Source of the DNA: Utricularia gibba
Taxonomy: Eukaryota > Plantae > Magnoliophyta
Reading direction: 5' to 3'
NCBI GenBank assembly: GCA_002189035.1
Contig: NEEC01000010.1
Coordinates: 3,286,001 to 3,350,000, forward strand
DNA length: 64,000 nt
In this document: piece by piece, positions 35,447 to 49,160 of the stretch
Numbering within the stretch: the stretch's first letter is position 1
Layout: each line of letters starts with the position of its first letter
Position numbers and translations under genes: made by a program
The notes under the pieces: model-generated
What the model was told of the DNA's origin: nothing
What the model saw: only the letters and a program-made list of their open reading frames with translations
Databases searched by the model: none

Positions 35447-38400
35447 ATGGATACGGATATGGAGCTTTCTCCGAGCTATTTAAACCCGGAGGATCTCAGC
35501 AGCAGGGAGCGCTTCCGTCGATACGGGTATATCATTTACTTCTTCAATGTTTAAAACTTTCAACGACTGCGGAAAAAGTTCAGGTTTTTCAGTTGCGGGC
35601 ATTGGTTCTTCCAGCTTCTGCTTGATGAGTAGCTGACTAACTGACGTAATGAACGCATTTTTAAAATATGCAGGAAAATGCAATCAAGGTCGGGGCAACA
35701 TGATGGCTCATCCTCGAGATTTAGTAATGCTGCCCTTTTTCTTGAAAATGTGAAACTTGAAGTTGAGAGCCTTGGTGTAGATATGGGGGAATACCTTTTG
35801 ATTTTGCATCCGAAGTCAGTGATGATGCTGGTAAAAGCTGCTTGATTGAGAGAGAATCCATAAAGATCTGCAAGCAGGAGCAACATGATCAAACTGACGA
35901 TGCAGAGACCACATTTTCGTTATTTGCTTCTCTGTTGGACTCTGGTCTTCAAGGTCGTTGGTAGTGTTGTTAGAATATTTTTTGCCCGGCTCGATTTCTG
36001 ACGCGCTCACTTGTCAGTTTTGACATCAGACTCTTCTGCTTGTCTCAGGATTGATGCCTATCTCTGATTTAATATTAAGATTTGAGAGTTGTTGTCGTGA
36101 TGTCTCAGAATCAATAAGGTAGTTTCTTGAGTGCTACCTTTTTATTGTAATTTTTCATATTCTTAGAATCAATAACGCGCTCATTTGCTAACTCTTTGTT
36201 CTGTATGAATGATGTTTTGTGTTACATATTTGATGCTTTTTCTGAAGCAGATATGGTGCTAGTGGGAGGTATGGCGTTGTTAAAGATAGAATCATGAGAC
36301 AGAAAGCCGGGCTATTGCTCGATGAGGCTGCTTCATGGTCACTTCTCTGGTACCTATATGGAAAAGGTAATCTTAGTTTTTATTCACACTACAGTATTTC
36401 ATTTTATCTTGACAAGTATTCAACAGTACCAACGCATGGGAGGGTTCCTCCTGCACCAGTTTGATTGATTTTGTTTCTGAATATAAGTTTGTCTTGCAGG
36501 AAATGATGAACTTCCTGAAGAATTGATGATGGTGATTTTTTAACCCAAATGATTGATATTTCATTTTTTTTGTGTGGGTCAGATAGTTTTGCTATGAATT
36601 TTCGCAGTTCTCAGGGAGTTAAGCTTGGAACTTTCTTTCCCATCATCAGCTTCTAAAAAATGACATAGAGATTGAATTTCTTGGTGACAGGTCCCAACTA
36701 CCTCACATCTAGAAGCCTGCCAATTCGTAGCACTAGATCATACTGCACAACTGTGTCTCAGGATTGTTCAATGGCTTGAAGGATTAGCATCCAAAGCTCT
36801 TGATTTAGACAGTAAGGTAGCAATGCCATCTATTTCTTTTTTCCTGTTCTTCTGAAAACGAGAGAATGTATGTTGTTTGCTTTATCTTGGTGTTCATATG
36901 TTATGTCGTTTAGGCATTCTTTTTCTCTGACGTGAATCAAACTGTCAAAGGCATTGCTCTTTATAGTTTTTCTCCAATAAGTTTCTCATTCATCGGTTGA
37001 TCTCCAGAATGTGCTCTGATTAAATTCTAGTGTACGTCGGAAATATAATTTCAGTATCTCCTTTCATCAGATCAGAGGTTCTCAAGTGGGAACTTGTCTC
37101 TCAAGCTCTGGTGTTTGGCATCACACTCAACGACAACTTAAAAGTGGCATGTCAAATGTGAAGATAGTTCAGCACTTGGATTTTGATGCGCCCACTCGTG
37201 AACATGCCCAACAAAACTCAGATGATAGAGTAACCTTCGACCATCTACGATTATGACTTTCTCTTTCTTGGTTACTAATTCAAAATACTTGCCACTTTCC
37301 AAGTCCGCCTTGTGAAGGCAAGGCTTGTTTTCTCTTGATTCTCTGGAGATAATTTTGAAAATAGTAACTTGGTGTACTCTTCTCTGCAACAGAAGCTAGA
37401 TGAATCATTTATGGAAGATCTGTGGACTCTTGTGAGAGCGGGAAGGCTTGAGGAGGCTTGTAATCTTTGCAGGGCTGCTGGACAGGTCTGAAAATTTGAT
37501 TAAGAGCTTAACTTTCATTGCGACTTCCTATGGTGAAGGATTGCTTTTTTGGAAAGAAATAAGTACATATAGTAATGCATATACTCTTTGACAGCCGTGG
37601 AGGGTTCCTACCATATGCCCATTTGGTGAGTTTAATTTGCTCCCGTCACTTGAAGCCCTTCAAAAAAATGGGAAGAACAGAATGCTACAGGCCATTGAAC
37701 TAGAAAGCGGAATTGGTCATCAATGGCTCCTTTGGAAGTGGGCTTCTTATTGTGCATCAGAAGTAAGTGAATGAAAGATAAATTAGATAGACCAAAAATA
37801 TACTATAGCTTTCTGTCGGTGACATAACCTTTGTGCTGTTTGAAACCTGGATTTTTCAAGTCTTCATTTTTCTTATTCTACTACTCGTAATCATGTGACC
37901 TCTCTGTTTCAGCTTGTTGAAATGGTAAATACTGAGGATCATTTCCTTTTATAACATGTTATAAAACCTTTCACCATTCCTTTATGATTTAGAAAATTGC
38001 TGACCAAGAAGGTGGAAAATTCGAAGCTGCAGTGTACGCAGCACAATGTGGAAATTTGAAGCGGCTACTTCCTGTATGCACTGACTGGGAGGTACTTAAT
38101 ACCAATTTCATCTTGCAATCATAAATAAACAAAACCCACTGTCCTTGTAAAGTCATTCTAAAACTTAGTAGAAAGTCCTGCAGTTATTTTTTTATTATTA
38201 CTTTTTTTTTTCCTGAAAAGCTTTTATGCTATACCATTTTTTCAGTCTGCATGCTGGGCATTGGCCAAGTCATGGTTTAGTGCCCAAGTTGATGCTCATG
38301 TAAGTCGCCTGCGACCTGGTGGATCGGATCAGCTCAAAAACTTTGATGAAGCACTTATGGAAAGTCCAGTGGAGGAAGATCATACTGGTTCGCAACTTAA

Positions 38401-41400
38401 TGGACCCGATGGCTGGCCTCTTCATATTGTGAACCAACAACCTAGAAATCTTTCTTCGCTTCTGCAGAAACTTCATTCAAAGTAATAGGTGTGCTTTTTA
38501 TGACCTGCTTTTTTTTTTTCTGATGCTTCATTGAAATTATGTTTCTTTGTATGTCGTGGGAACATTTAGTTCAACTGTGCATGAGTCTGTTACACGAGCT
38601 TGCAAGGAGCAGCAAAGGCAAATTGAGGTAATACATTCATTAGAAGAGTCGGTTTTTGCACTGTTCTTCATATTATGATTATTATACCAATTTTTGGATA
38701 TTATCTACATGATAGCATTTCTCTTATAAAACCATTTGTGTCATATGCCCTGCATTATTATCGCTTACCTGGTTCATCAACATTTGCAGATGACCCTTAT
38801 GTCAGGTGACGTACCTCACTTGCTTGATCTCATTATTTCATGGGTATCACCTTCAGAAGATGATGAAAGCATTTCGAGGTTTGTAGGTTTTGTACCTTTT
38901 TGTTCCCTTCAGAAGATACGGAAAGCATTGCAATGTTGTACTTCCAAATGTTGGCATTCAGAATTTTTCTCAGTCTTGAGTTGTATTTCTGTTCACCATT
39001 TTCATTTTTTATTCTCTGTATTTTCTTAACTTCGATTTCACCCCTGTGTAGGCCACATGGAGATCCACAAATGATGCGGTTTGGTGCACACTTAGTTCTT
39101 GTCCTTAGATACCTGCTTGTGGATCAAATGAAGGATACATTCAGGGAGAAGATAATGACAGTTGGCGATCTCATTATTCAAATGTGAGTGTTTAAAACTC
39201 TGTTTCATTTTCATTTCATGCTTCATTATATGTTCCTTTTGTCTCTTGTTATTATTATTTTTTCCTTGAGTTTTTTCAGGTATGCGATGTTTCTTTTTAC
39301 CACGCAACATGAGGAACTGGTAGGGATTTATGCTTCTCAGCTTGCTCGCCATCGCTGTGTTGATCTCTTTGTTCACATGATGGAACTACGACTGAATAGC
39401 AGGTCATCAATTTCTGTAGTCTCTTAAAATTTTTCATGGATTTGAATGTTTTTTTATGTTTCAAATGCACTCTTGTATAGTTTTGTTGATCTCTATCTCC
39501 ATATACAGTGTGCACATCAGATACAAGGTTTTTCTTTCAGCTATTGAATACCTGCCATTTTCTTTCGAGGATGATGACACAAAAGGAAGTTTTGAGGAAA
39601 TCATTGACAGGTGGCGTCTATCAATCTTTTATGAAGTTTCTGTTAAGGACATTATAAATGTTGCACATTTCCTGTCACAGAGTACTGCTGAGATCTCGAG
39701 AAACAAATGTTAAAAAATACGAAACTTCGAAAGATATCACTGAGCAGCATCGTTTGCAGAGCCTACAAAAAGCGATGGTTATGCAGTGGCTTTGCTTTAC
39801 ACCTCCTTCAACGGTTCATAATACCAAAGAAGTTACAAGGAAGCTTATACTTTATGCATTGAGGCATAGGTGAATCAATGCTCTTGTGCTCTTCTTGCAG
39901 AATTATTTTTATTATTCATCTAGGACCCTTGGGAGTTAGAGGCAGCTAAATTTGACCTCAGTCCCTGAAGTATTGTTTTTAATTTTGATTTTAGATGTTT
40001 TTCCGTTTTTTCCTTTCTTCCTGACCGATTACCACCTGGCTTTTACGTTACAGCAATTTACTGTTTCGGGAGTTTGCTCTTATTTCAATGTGGAGGGTAC
40101 CGGCAATGCCTGTTGGGGCTCACACAGTCCTTAGCTTCCTCGCCGAGCCTCTGAATCAACATATAGAGGTTCCATCAGTGGATGATGATGACTTTTCTGA
40201 AAACATGAGGGAGTTCCATGACTGGGTAACTTTGAAATCATTCAGTACGATTCTCATTGAGTTCATGTGTTACTGACCCAGTTTCTCATTTTCATATAAT
40301 TACCAGAGTGACTACTATTCATGTGATGCAAAATACCGCAGCTGGCTAAAAATTGAGCTAGAGAACGCTGAAGTGCCACCTCATGATCTTTCAAGTGAGG
40401 AAAAAGACAGGGAAATTAGGGCAGCCCAAGAAGCGCTCCAATCTGCATTGCTGTTGATTCAAAGTAAGTTGGTTTATTTTTCCAATGAGGAGAATATATA
40501 AACAGAGCTTGATGGTCATCAAGGATTTGTTTATAGTGGTGTTATTTTGAATATTCTCCAGTCATCGCACGAACTTGGCACAATGCTTCAAACTTGTGCT
40601 TGATTCTATTCTTGAACATATCTTAGGAAAAGATAATCTCTGGATGATCCCTACTCAAGATCACTTGCATGAGTCTACGGATCCCGTTTACTTGGAATTG
40701 CATGCAGTAGCTGTATTATGCACGCCTAGTGGTGAGTGTATGCTACCTGATGCGACATTATGTGCAACACTGAGTAGTTCGCTGTACTCAACGGTATCCA
40801 AAGAAGTTGAAGATCGGAAACTAATGGTTGGTAATTCCTGAGATTAGCTGAAAAAAACTATTGAAAAATGTCCCCTCTTTTGAAATAGAATTTGCTCATT
40901 TTACTTGTTTTGTTCCTTTGATATGAAGGTAAATGCTTCTATATCTGCAAGAGACAGTTCGTGCATTGAGATTGCCCTCCGTTGCTTGGCTGTGGAGGGC
41001 GATGGGCTTGGACAACACAATCTAAATGATGGTGGCCTTCTGGCTACCGTTATGGCCGCTGGATTTAAAGGTAACCATATCCTTGTCCTTGATGCATGAG
41101 CCGCATGACTGATTTACATGCACCATTACACTGCACTCTTGGTCCGTTTTAGGAGAGTTGCCACATTTCCAAGCTGGTGTGACCATGGAAATTTCTTACC
41201 TTGATGCGTGGTATTCAACTGCTGATGGTTCTCTTGAAAGACAAGCAACATTCATCACACGTGGTCTTTGTCGGAGGTGTTGCATCCCAGAAATGGTTCT
41301 TCGATGCATGCAGGTGAGTGCGTATGCCTATTTCAAGATCCTAAAATGGTGGTGCTATCTCAAATTTCCCTGTGTTGTATGCCGGCAATGTTGTGTAGGT

Positions 41401-41869
41401 CTCAGTTTCGCTAATCAAGGCCCACCACCCACCAGATAATCACTATGAAATGATCGAGCTTGTTGCCTCCCCTGAATCAGATGTCCTTCATCTGTTCAGC
41501 CAACGCCAGCTTCAGGTAAACCATTAACATCTCTACATGCTCGTTTTCCCCTCCAGTTTGTTTGATCATGGCTCTTGGAGTGTCAAAATCGTCTCTCAAT
41601 CGCCTGATTTATTCCAACTGCATTCTTTTTCCATGACCTTAGCCTTCCTGTTGGTCCTTGAAAAAAAAACCTGAAATTGATTATGATTTTCACACTAAAT
41701 CCATGATCAAACAAATGCACACTGAAACAGGAGGAAGAGAATAGTTGACTTTATTTTGTTGGGAACCTATGAAATTTGGTTGCAGGAGCTGTTATTGTTC
41801 GAGAGAGAATACTCAATACACCAGATGGACCACTCTGCCACGGGGGACGAAGGAAGGGAAATCCAGTGA
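35447..41869 (+). CDS. NUP107: Nuclear pore complex protein NUP107, more than 20 exons, apparent -1 frameshift at 35785-35789
   Basis: MDTDMELSPSYLNPEDLSSRERFRRYG; TTFSLFASLLDSGLQG; HLDFDAPTRE; EAAVYAAQCG; HGDPQMMRFGAHLVLVLR; RRCCIPEMVLRCMQ; LLFEREY. Confidence 0.93.
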
Positions 41870-42144
41870 ACTCTGCTACTAACAATTTCACAGGTTCTTA
41901 TCTCAACTTCTGGACTAATCATTATATACCTTCTCTGTACAATGAATGCTCCATAGCTATCGCCAATTCAATGGCTTCTCTCGGTCACCCCAGCTGTGCT
42001 CATATTCCAACCGAGAACCATGTTGTGAGAATTCATCAGAACCATCTCTATGTGCTTTTAACACCAACGCCACTTTGAGCAGCAGCTGCACTTATTACAA
42101 GTACCAACAGCTCCATTTCTGTGTAAGCTGCAATTCTCTAAGAG

Positions 42145-42781
42145 GTGTCTCCCTCTTCATCATCAGTGGCACCATCAAATCGACATCATCCTTCGGGACG
42201 GTTGATCACCCAGATCCTATTCTTCACTCTCCTCGCCGTGGCTACCGCCGTAGCCAACTCTCCGCCCCCACCGCTCAAGCTCTACATGCACAACATTCTG
42301 AGGGGTAGTAGCCCGACGGCTCGCCTCATTACCGGGAAACTAGGCAGCATCTACAGTGGCCAAGTCCCCTTTGCACGCCGACTAGGCCTGAATTCTCAGA
42401 AAGACGGCGTCTCGGTCCCGTCTTCCGATGGCGTCCCACTCGGTACTGGCTTGTCCGGTAACACCTTCGTTGGAGCTCCGGCGGCCAGTAACCATCTCGG
42501 CCCCGACGGCCTTGGACTCGCTTTCGGTAACATTAACGTGATCGACGACTACATGACTTTGGCTCCGGAATTAGGGTCCCAATAACTAGGGAAGGCGCAA
42601 GGGGTGTACGTCGCACGGCGTTGGAGGGTGGGGAGTATGGCGATAGCATTAACTCCTTCGGTGTGTACAAGATCGGCGAGGCCGTGTCAGTGGGCGGAGG
42701 TCTCGGTCATAGGTTCCCACCGGAAAATACGTCGCCGATGAAGTGGAGACGTTGCTCAGAATCACGGTTCATCTCATGTAG
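42145..42781 (+). pseudogene. Dirigent protein DIR16/DIR18 (ESB1-group) pseudogene
   Basis: LYMHNILRGSSPTAR, IYSGQVPFA, LGPDGLGLAFG, LGKAQGVYVA, EGGEYGDSIN and ETLLRITVHL are recognisable. Lesions: no ATG (GTG at 42145), in-frame TAA at 42583-42585, frameshifting deletions after YVA and near the C-terminus. Confidence 0.85.
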
Positions 42782-43023
42782 TAATGGATGAATGAATTGC
42801 TCCCTCTGGGGTGTTGGCTGCATGGCTGTCATATTCAGAACTTCCTAATAATTATAATAATAATTATTATAAATAAATTGTAAGATGTTAAAATTAGACG
42901 CAATTGCACAAACGGTACGGTCAATGGTGAAAAATATCTTGGAAGCTGGAAGGGGAGATTTTGAGGTGGAGAACTGGAACTGGTTTCTGGATATCGATTC
43001 TTGTTCTGTCGCTGGTTCAGGGG

Positions 43024-45863
43024 ATGAAGACTGAAGCCGCCGCCGTGTTGCCATGGAGTTTCGAGACGAATTGGGCCATAGCATGGGGTTCTCTCGATGG
43101 TTCCGTCACCGTCGAGAGTTCGGATCATCCTATTGATGACTCCGATGCGGAGTCTGTGTGCAGGAAATTCCCTCTGGTTCTTCGTCCTCATGCACCGCAG
43201 TCTGCTCCGTGTGAGATCAAGGGTATGCATTTTTCCTTGGAAGCTCGAGTCCCTCTATGTGTTATTTTATGTGTTTTATATGATGTGGTTGCAGTGTCTT
43301 TTGAGGGTATGTACGAGGTTGGTCAGATTTATGTTCGGAGCACCGCTCGGGCATATGAAGTTTACTACTCGAAATCTGCTGATGGGAGCAACGAGTATCT
43401 CTGTACAGTTCGTTGTGGTGTTGCTGAGAGAGAAGAAGAAGTACTAACAGCTCCTTGTTTTTCGGTGGGTGAAGAGGAGCCGTCTGGGGAGTTCACTGAA
43501 GAAACTGTATCAGATAGGGATGCTAGTTCAAATGAAGATGTCTGGGTTAATATCAAGGCCCCTGATGTTTCGGGAATGAAAACTGGCAGAATGTATAATC
43601 CACAGGTATTGTATTTGCACCAGTTACTAAATTGTTGGTCAGTAAAGCTTACAGCTTTTGTTGGCTCTGAAGTACTTCTACAGTTCACTGAAGTACTTCT
43701 ATGGTTTTTTGAGTTGTAAATGCAAAAGTTGTCCAAATTACACTCGTTCTCTTCTTTTTGTGTGATTTTACTTTTTCATCCATAGGCTTTATTGTTATCT
43801 CGATGTTTCCGATGTAATCATGCACTTTATTCCGATGGACAGTTTCACTAGAGCATTAAATGAAATGCCTTTATCTTAGATTTAGGAAATTAACTCATGA
43901 ATCGTGCTCATTACAGGATCTATACGAGGCCACAGCAAATATAAATGATTTGGACGCGTGCTCGTCACTTATAATTCGGTTGTTATCACTTCAAGACAAA
44001 GGTCAGGTTTATGTCGATGAAGTTTATATATATGCCACAACTTTAGGCTCGCACTTCCCTGAGAATGGTATTCATTTGTCTGGAAGTTCAACTCAAAGCT
44101 CCCTTATGTCCATGTTTTTCCCTGCTATTCTTCAGTTATCGAAGTCAGGTGGCACCCAAATTCAAGGCAGTCATACTTCTCAAATCCTTGAAAATAGCCA
44201 TATGGACACAAGATCTAGAGTTGTACAAGAAACTTATGTTCCTTTGGAAGAGAACAAAAAATCTGATGAGCAGTGTGGCAATCTGAATGAGCATGAAAAG
44301 TGCAAAGTTGATCCAGCGGAAATTCAAATGGCATCTGTGGAAAATAAGTGTCAAGAGCGGATGAGTACCAATTATTCACCAGCAGTGAATTTGGAACAAA
44401 CTCTTCATCAGCTCATTAGCCGATTTAACAGAGTAGAAGATGTCTGCTTACGGCTTGAGGGAAACTTGACGAAGCACATCGAGAATGTAGAAGCAAGACT
44501 TCAACAGATAGAGGATAAGCTTGAAAATCTTTCCATGAATTCTCAATATTCAGGTTTAACAAATGGTACAAGAATAGTAGCACCTGCATTTTCATTTAGC
44601 GAGTCAAATTCAAGCTCAATCATGAGTGGTCGTTTCAATTGTAGTATGACATCAGAAGTTGAAAAGGAGAATATCCCATGCAATAGCATGCCTAATGATA
44701 CGAATCTTAATTCGACCATTGTTTATACTGCTCCAGAGTTTTCATGTGAGGAAGATGAAGAAGCGTGCAATGAATTGAATCTGGTGGAGGCTTCTTCAAT
44801 CGCAGAATCAAAGAAAAAGGTTTCAGTTGATGATGCTTTAGCTGCCGCACTTGATGGATTTATATCCGGCTCTAGGGCTCAACCATCTGAGAATAATAAA
44901 GCTAATTCTTCCCATTACAGTGAAGAAGACACAGGAAACCAGTTGTGTGAGAACATTAAATTTTCTGCTGGTGTAGATGAACATTTGCCTACTGCTCAAA
45001 CTGCCAACTTCCATAGTTTTAAGCATCCTGATTTTTCCAAGGATTTGAGGGCTGATGAAACCTGTGGTCATAGGAAGAACTCCTTGGATATAGATTCTAG
45101 AACTGAAGATATGGATAAGGAAAACTGTGACCTGGTGCTTCATCACATTCAAGTGAAGAATTTGCCTTCTCAAAGACTGTGCGTTGAAAATGAAGAAAAC
45201 CTTCATCCAATAGCTGCTAGTAACATATGTCCTACTTCTGTCTGCGTAAATTTTACATGTCTTGATAGTGAATGCACAAGTAGGTCAATTGACATAAATG
45301 CAAGCGATTTGGCTGAGGATTTCCAGGAAACTCAGGTGATGCAGATTCAAGAGGAAACCCGCCCTGAAAGTATAATTTGTACTAATCAGAATTGCAGCAA
45401 CAGTGGTGTTTCCGAGGATGCTCCAAAGCATGATCCTGATGCTTTGCATAATATCCTACGAGAACATGTTAACATCAAAGAGGGTGGTGATAGTGATGCC
45501 CTGATGTTTCTTGAGTCTTCGTACACCTCACTGTTGGACTTCGATTTTCCTATCATGGATGTGAAATTTACTTCTGATGATAACGCATTATCTACGTTTG
45601 AAGATCTTTTATGTGGACTAGGAGAATCTGATGATAACTCTGAAATTCCTTCTATTTCTGGTCAATGTGGAGTCGGTAGCTTTATTGAGCAAGCCAACAC
45701 ATCTATCATCGATGGACATGAATACAATGATGCTTTGCCAATCAAAGACTTTTTGGTGGACTTGGAAGTTCCTACTGAAAATGAACCACCTTCAAGCATG
45801 AAAGGTTTATCTGATGAAAAGTGTTCTTCAAGCAGCCTGCAGTTGTATCCTAGTCTTGTTTAA
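43024..45863 (+). CDS. Conserved uncharacterised plant protein (At5g47940-like), 3 exons
   Basis: WSFETNW...GSL; PCEIK|; QIYVRSTARAYEVYY; EYLCTVRCGVA; DLYEATA; IRLLSLQDKGQVYVDEVYI; central coiled coil; YTAPEFS motif. Confidence 0.8.
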
Positions 45864-46248
45864 TTTTCTGTGTTCTTGCTTTATTTTTCAAAATGGTACA
45901 AACAACAAGAATTTAAAGTTGCCTAATCTTTAAAATAAGAAGATTATTTCTCCCTTTCAGAAATTTCTTCCGTTACCTGTGATAGTGGACCCCTTTGTCG
46001 GCATATATCTTATCCGCCGAGTTAGTATTAATTTGCCTAATGGTCTTAAGAGCCAGACGCTGGTTTATGCCGGGAAGGTTTGGTTTGGGGTGAAAAGATT
46101 TTTCCATTGACTTCATCGTATTTTCCATTTTCTGAGAAAAGAACTAATACTTCAGGTTCACTTTCTACCAGTACTGCTAGCTATACGACAACATTCACTT
46201 AAAAAGTGTGTGCATAAAATGTGTGATGTTTTCAGGAAATACACATAA

Positions 46249-48230
46249 TCAGGTAATTTTCTTGGAACAACTTGGGAAATATTGCTGCTTCTCTGAAAGC
46301 CCTGTTAGCTGACTGCAAAACGCCTCTACATTTCCTCCTTTCTTGTGGGCTGCAAGGTCAACGTTTTCGAGGCTGATATTTCTGCATGGGACTGATTGAC
46401 TGCAGTTGAAATTTATGGCCATCTTCGAAGCACTCGTGCCTCTGATGTTTTTATACACTATGTTCTCTATTTGAACACCTGATTTCTGGTATATTTTCAC
46501 ATTGCGTTAGAAAATAGAACATAAACAGCCTCATGATGCTATGCTCTCTGTACATGGTGAAATTTTGATAAAGAGCTGTTAGTGATATTTACCTGCTGCT
46601 CGCATTTTTTGTTCTTATCACAGTAGTATTGGTTTATGATTATGGGATTGGAAACGTTGCTCATCTCAATATCTTCAAACTCTATGTTTCTTGCAGTCCC
46701 ACGCCCTCCCTAGGATCAAAATGAACTGTTAGGGGAACTGAGAGTAGGGGGTTGTTTCATCTTCTTTACAACTTTTTGCTGCTGAGGAGCATGATAGAAT
46801 TCCCTGTGAGAGTATGTGTTACCTGCCAGGTCTTTATGCGGACTCCATTTGTGGTTCCGGTCATCTTCACTCCCTTCACAAGTATCCCTGAAACATAATT
46901 TTCTGACCCGTTTTCCCCCAAGCTCCCTATGCTGCAGATCAAGTTTATCTCAAGCATGTAATTCATATGTATGTACATATTTTCATCTATATTATGCGCA
47001 TACGTGTGTTTGGTTTTTATACCTGATTCCATGTCCTGGTCCACAGACCACATTCGTAACATGTACATTTCTGGATCCGTTCACCATGGAAATGCAATCA
47101 TCACCTGTTACTCTCTTCTGAGTTAGACAGACCCAATTTTCAAAAGGCTTGACAGAATGCTTTCACTTATTCATTACCCGTTCCAATTACAGAATCTGTA
47201 ATGTAAATGTTTGTTGTCCCCGTAACATGAATGCCATCCGTGTTGGGGCTGTGCTCAGGCGCCAAAATTGAAAGCCCTGAAGCCTTGACATTGCTGCAGT
47301 CTTGGAAATTCATATGCATTTGCTGTGCATTCTTCACCTTCACATCACTCACCTTTAAATTTGTGCAGTTTTTGAATGTCAGGGCCTGGTGATACACGAG
47401 CATATCAAAATCACGAACTGTAATAATGCCTGTGGCATTTCTGGTTAACAAAACGATGCTTACCGTGGGAGCATTTTGACTCTGGCATGGCTTCATAATC
47501 AAGAGGGGAAATGCAGGTTAGGATGGCGCAAATGTAAAGTATATAGATGTATGCATGTACTTACCTTGGTTTTCTTGATTTTACAGGAGTGCTTCCACCA
47601 GACTTCGCCATTACCATCGATGATTCCTCCTCCAAGAATCTCAAGATTTTCAACATCTTCAAATTTGATCCAGAGTTTTCTAGGCAAGTCATACATTTGA
47701 GAGAAAGACTTGATCGTTCCTTGTACCTGAGAATCAGGACCGGGGTATTCATAAAAATTCAGTGAATTCGCTACCACTACTCAGGTGCAGTATTTCTTTT
47801 ATGTCTTGTTCCTCACCTCCAGGGAAACAGAAAAACGGCAGGGGCCAGTGAAGTTTATGTGCTTGACGAAGTAAGTTTTGCCCTTTGGCACCAAAACTCT
47901 CGACGATCCGAAAGACTTGCAAGCACTGTCCCATGCTCTCTTGAATGCCTACACCAGATGTTCAACCACAGCTTATCAAGAAAGCACTTGCTATGCTCAA
48001 AGACAGTCCAAAAGCTCAGCATATGTAAATAAACAAGCTTCTCTGTTGCACCATACCAGGTAATTATCTGTCTTCCCATCTGCCTTTGCACCGAAATCTT
48101 CCACATTGAGAACTCGCTGCTTGTAAGTAGGCGTGGATGTGGAATGGCTATTGCTCCTTCTGCCATGGCAACATGAGGAGGAACACAGCACAACGATGGC
48201 AAGTTTGATGAGGAGATGTTTGCACGCCAT
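46249..48230 (-). CDS. Polygalacturonase (GH28), ADPG/QRT2-like, 9 exons
   Basis: Signal peptide; [11 protein letters not shown]; catalytic SPNTDG, GDDC, CGPGHGIS and RIKTWQ all intact. Confidence 0.95.
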
Positions 48231-48730
48231 GTAAGCAGTCCTCTCTGTTTATCTGCTCAGACACAAGGATGAAATTGCTGTTCTGAATCTCCTGCTAGAT
48301 AAATGCCGAATCCATAGAGTCCTGTATATATATCCAAGGTGTCTGAATCCGAGGAATGGTTGAATTTCGGGTATATTTCAACTCCAGGTCAAATGCGAGA
48401 AGAAGCTTGGGTTGCATTGCAGTAGGATGGTGCTTGTTTACCAGTACACATTACATGCATGGATTTTCTACGCACGTGTGCCTAATCTTTTTTTTTTTTT
48501 TTTTGAGACTGTCATTGGAGTTAATATTTTTTCAATAAATAGAAAAAAAATCGACATTATTACTAATTTTACATGTTATTTCACTGTAAAATTGTGCACA
48601 TATTTATATGTCGTAACGTTCTCATATTTTAATTTATTATTAATTCCCATTTAATAATTTGACAATGATTTTATAATGTTCAGTATCAAACTCTGAAAAT
48701 TAGTCTAATTTGAAAAGTCTAAGCCCTGGT

Positions 48731-48805
48731 CCGTTGAAAACAGTTGGAGATCCACAAGATCCGTTAACGATGAAAGCCTACGGCCTGCTCAGTTGAAATC
48801 GGTTG
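48731..48805 (+). promoter_or_regulatory. Array of five co-oriented MYB-core (CNGTTR) motifs
   Basis: CCGTTG 48731, CAGTTG 48741, CCGTTA 48761, CAGTTG 48790, CGGTTG 48800. Confidence 0.5.
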
Positions 48806-49160
48806 CATATCCACAAAGATGAATAACACATAAGAAATGGAGGAGACAAGTCTCCCCTGTCCTCTGAGCCAAATTCTTTTCAATACCAAAGCACAGACTG
48901 TTGCTTATGTGACTCTGTTTAATACATCTATCATATATGCACGCACATACAACAATAAGGCAAGAATAAATGGCGAGCAAGACGACATGATTTTCGAGGA
49001 ACTCTGAGAAACTGAACCTCAAACTTGTATGTGGACGATAGACAAGCAAACTGGGGCCCCTAACACAAATATAGAAACATGGAGTACCCCAACTGTACCT
49101 TGTGTCCCAGCCACAATGATCTGAATGATGCTGCGTTGCTAGAGAATGGGAAGCACACAT

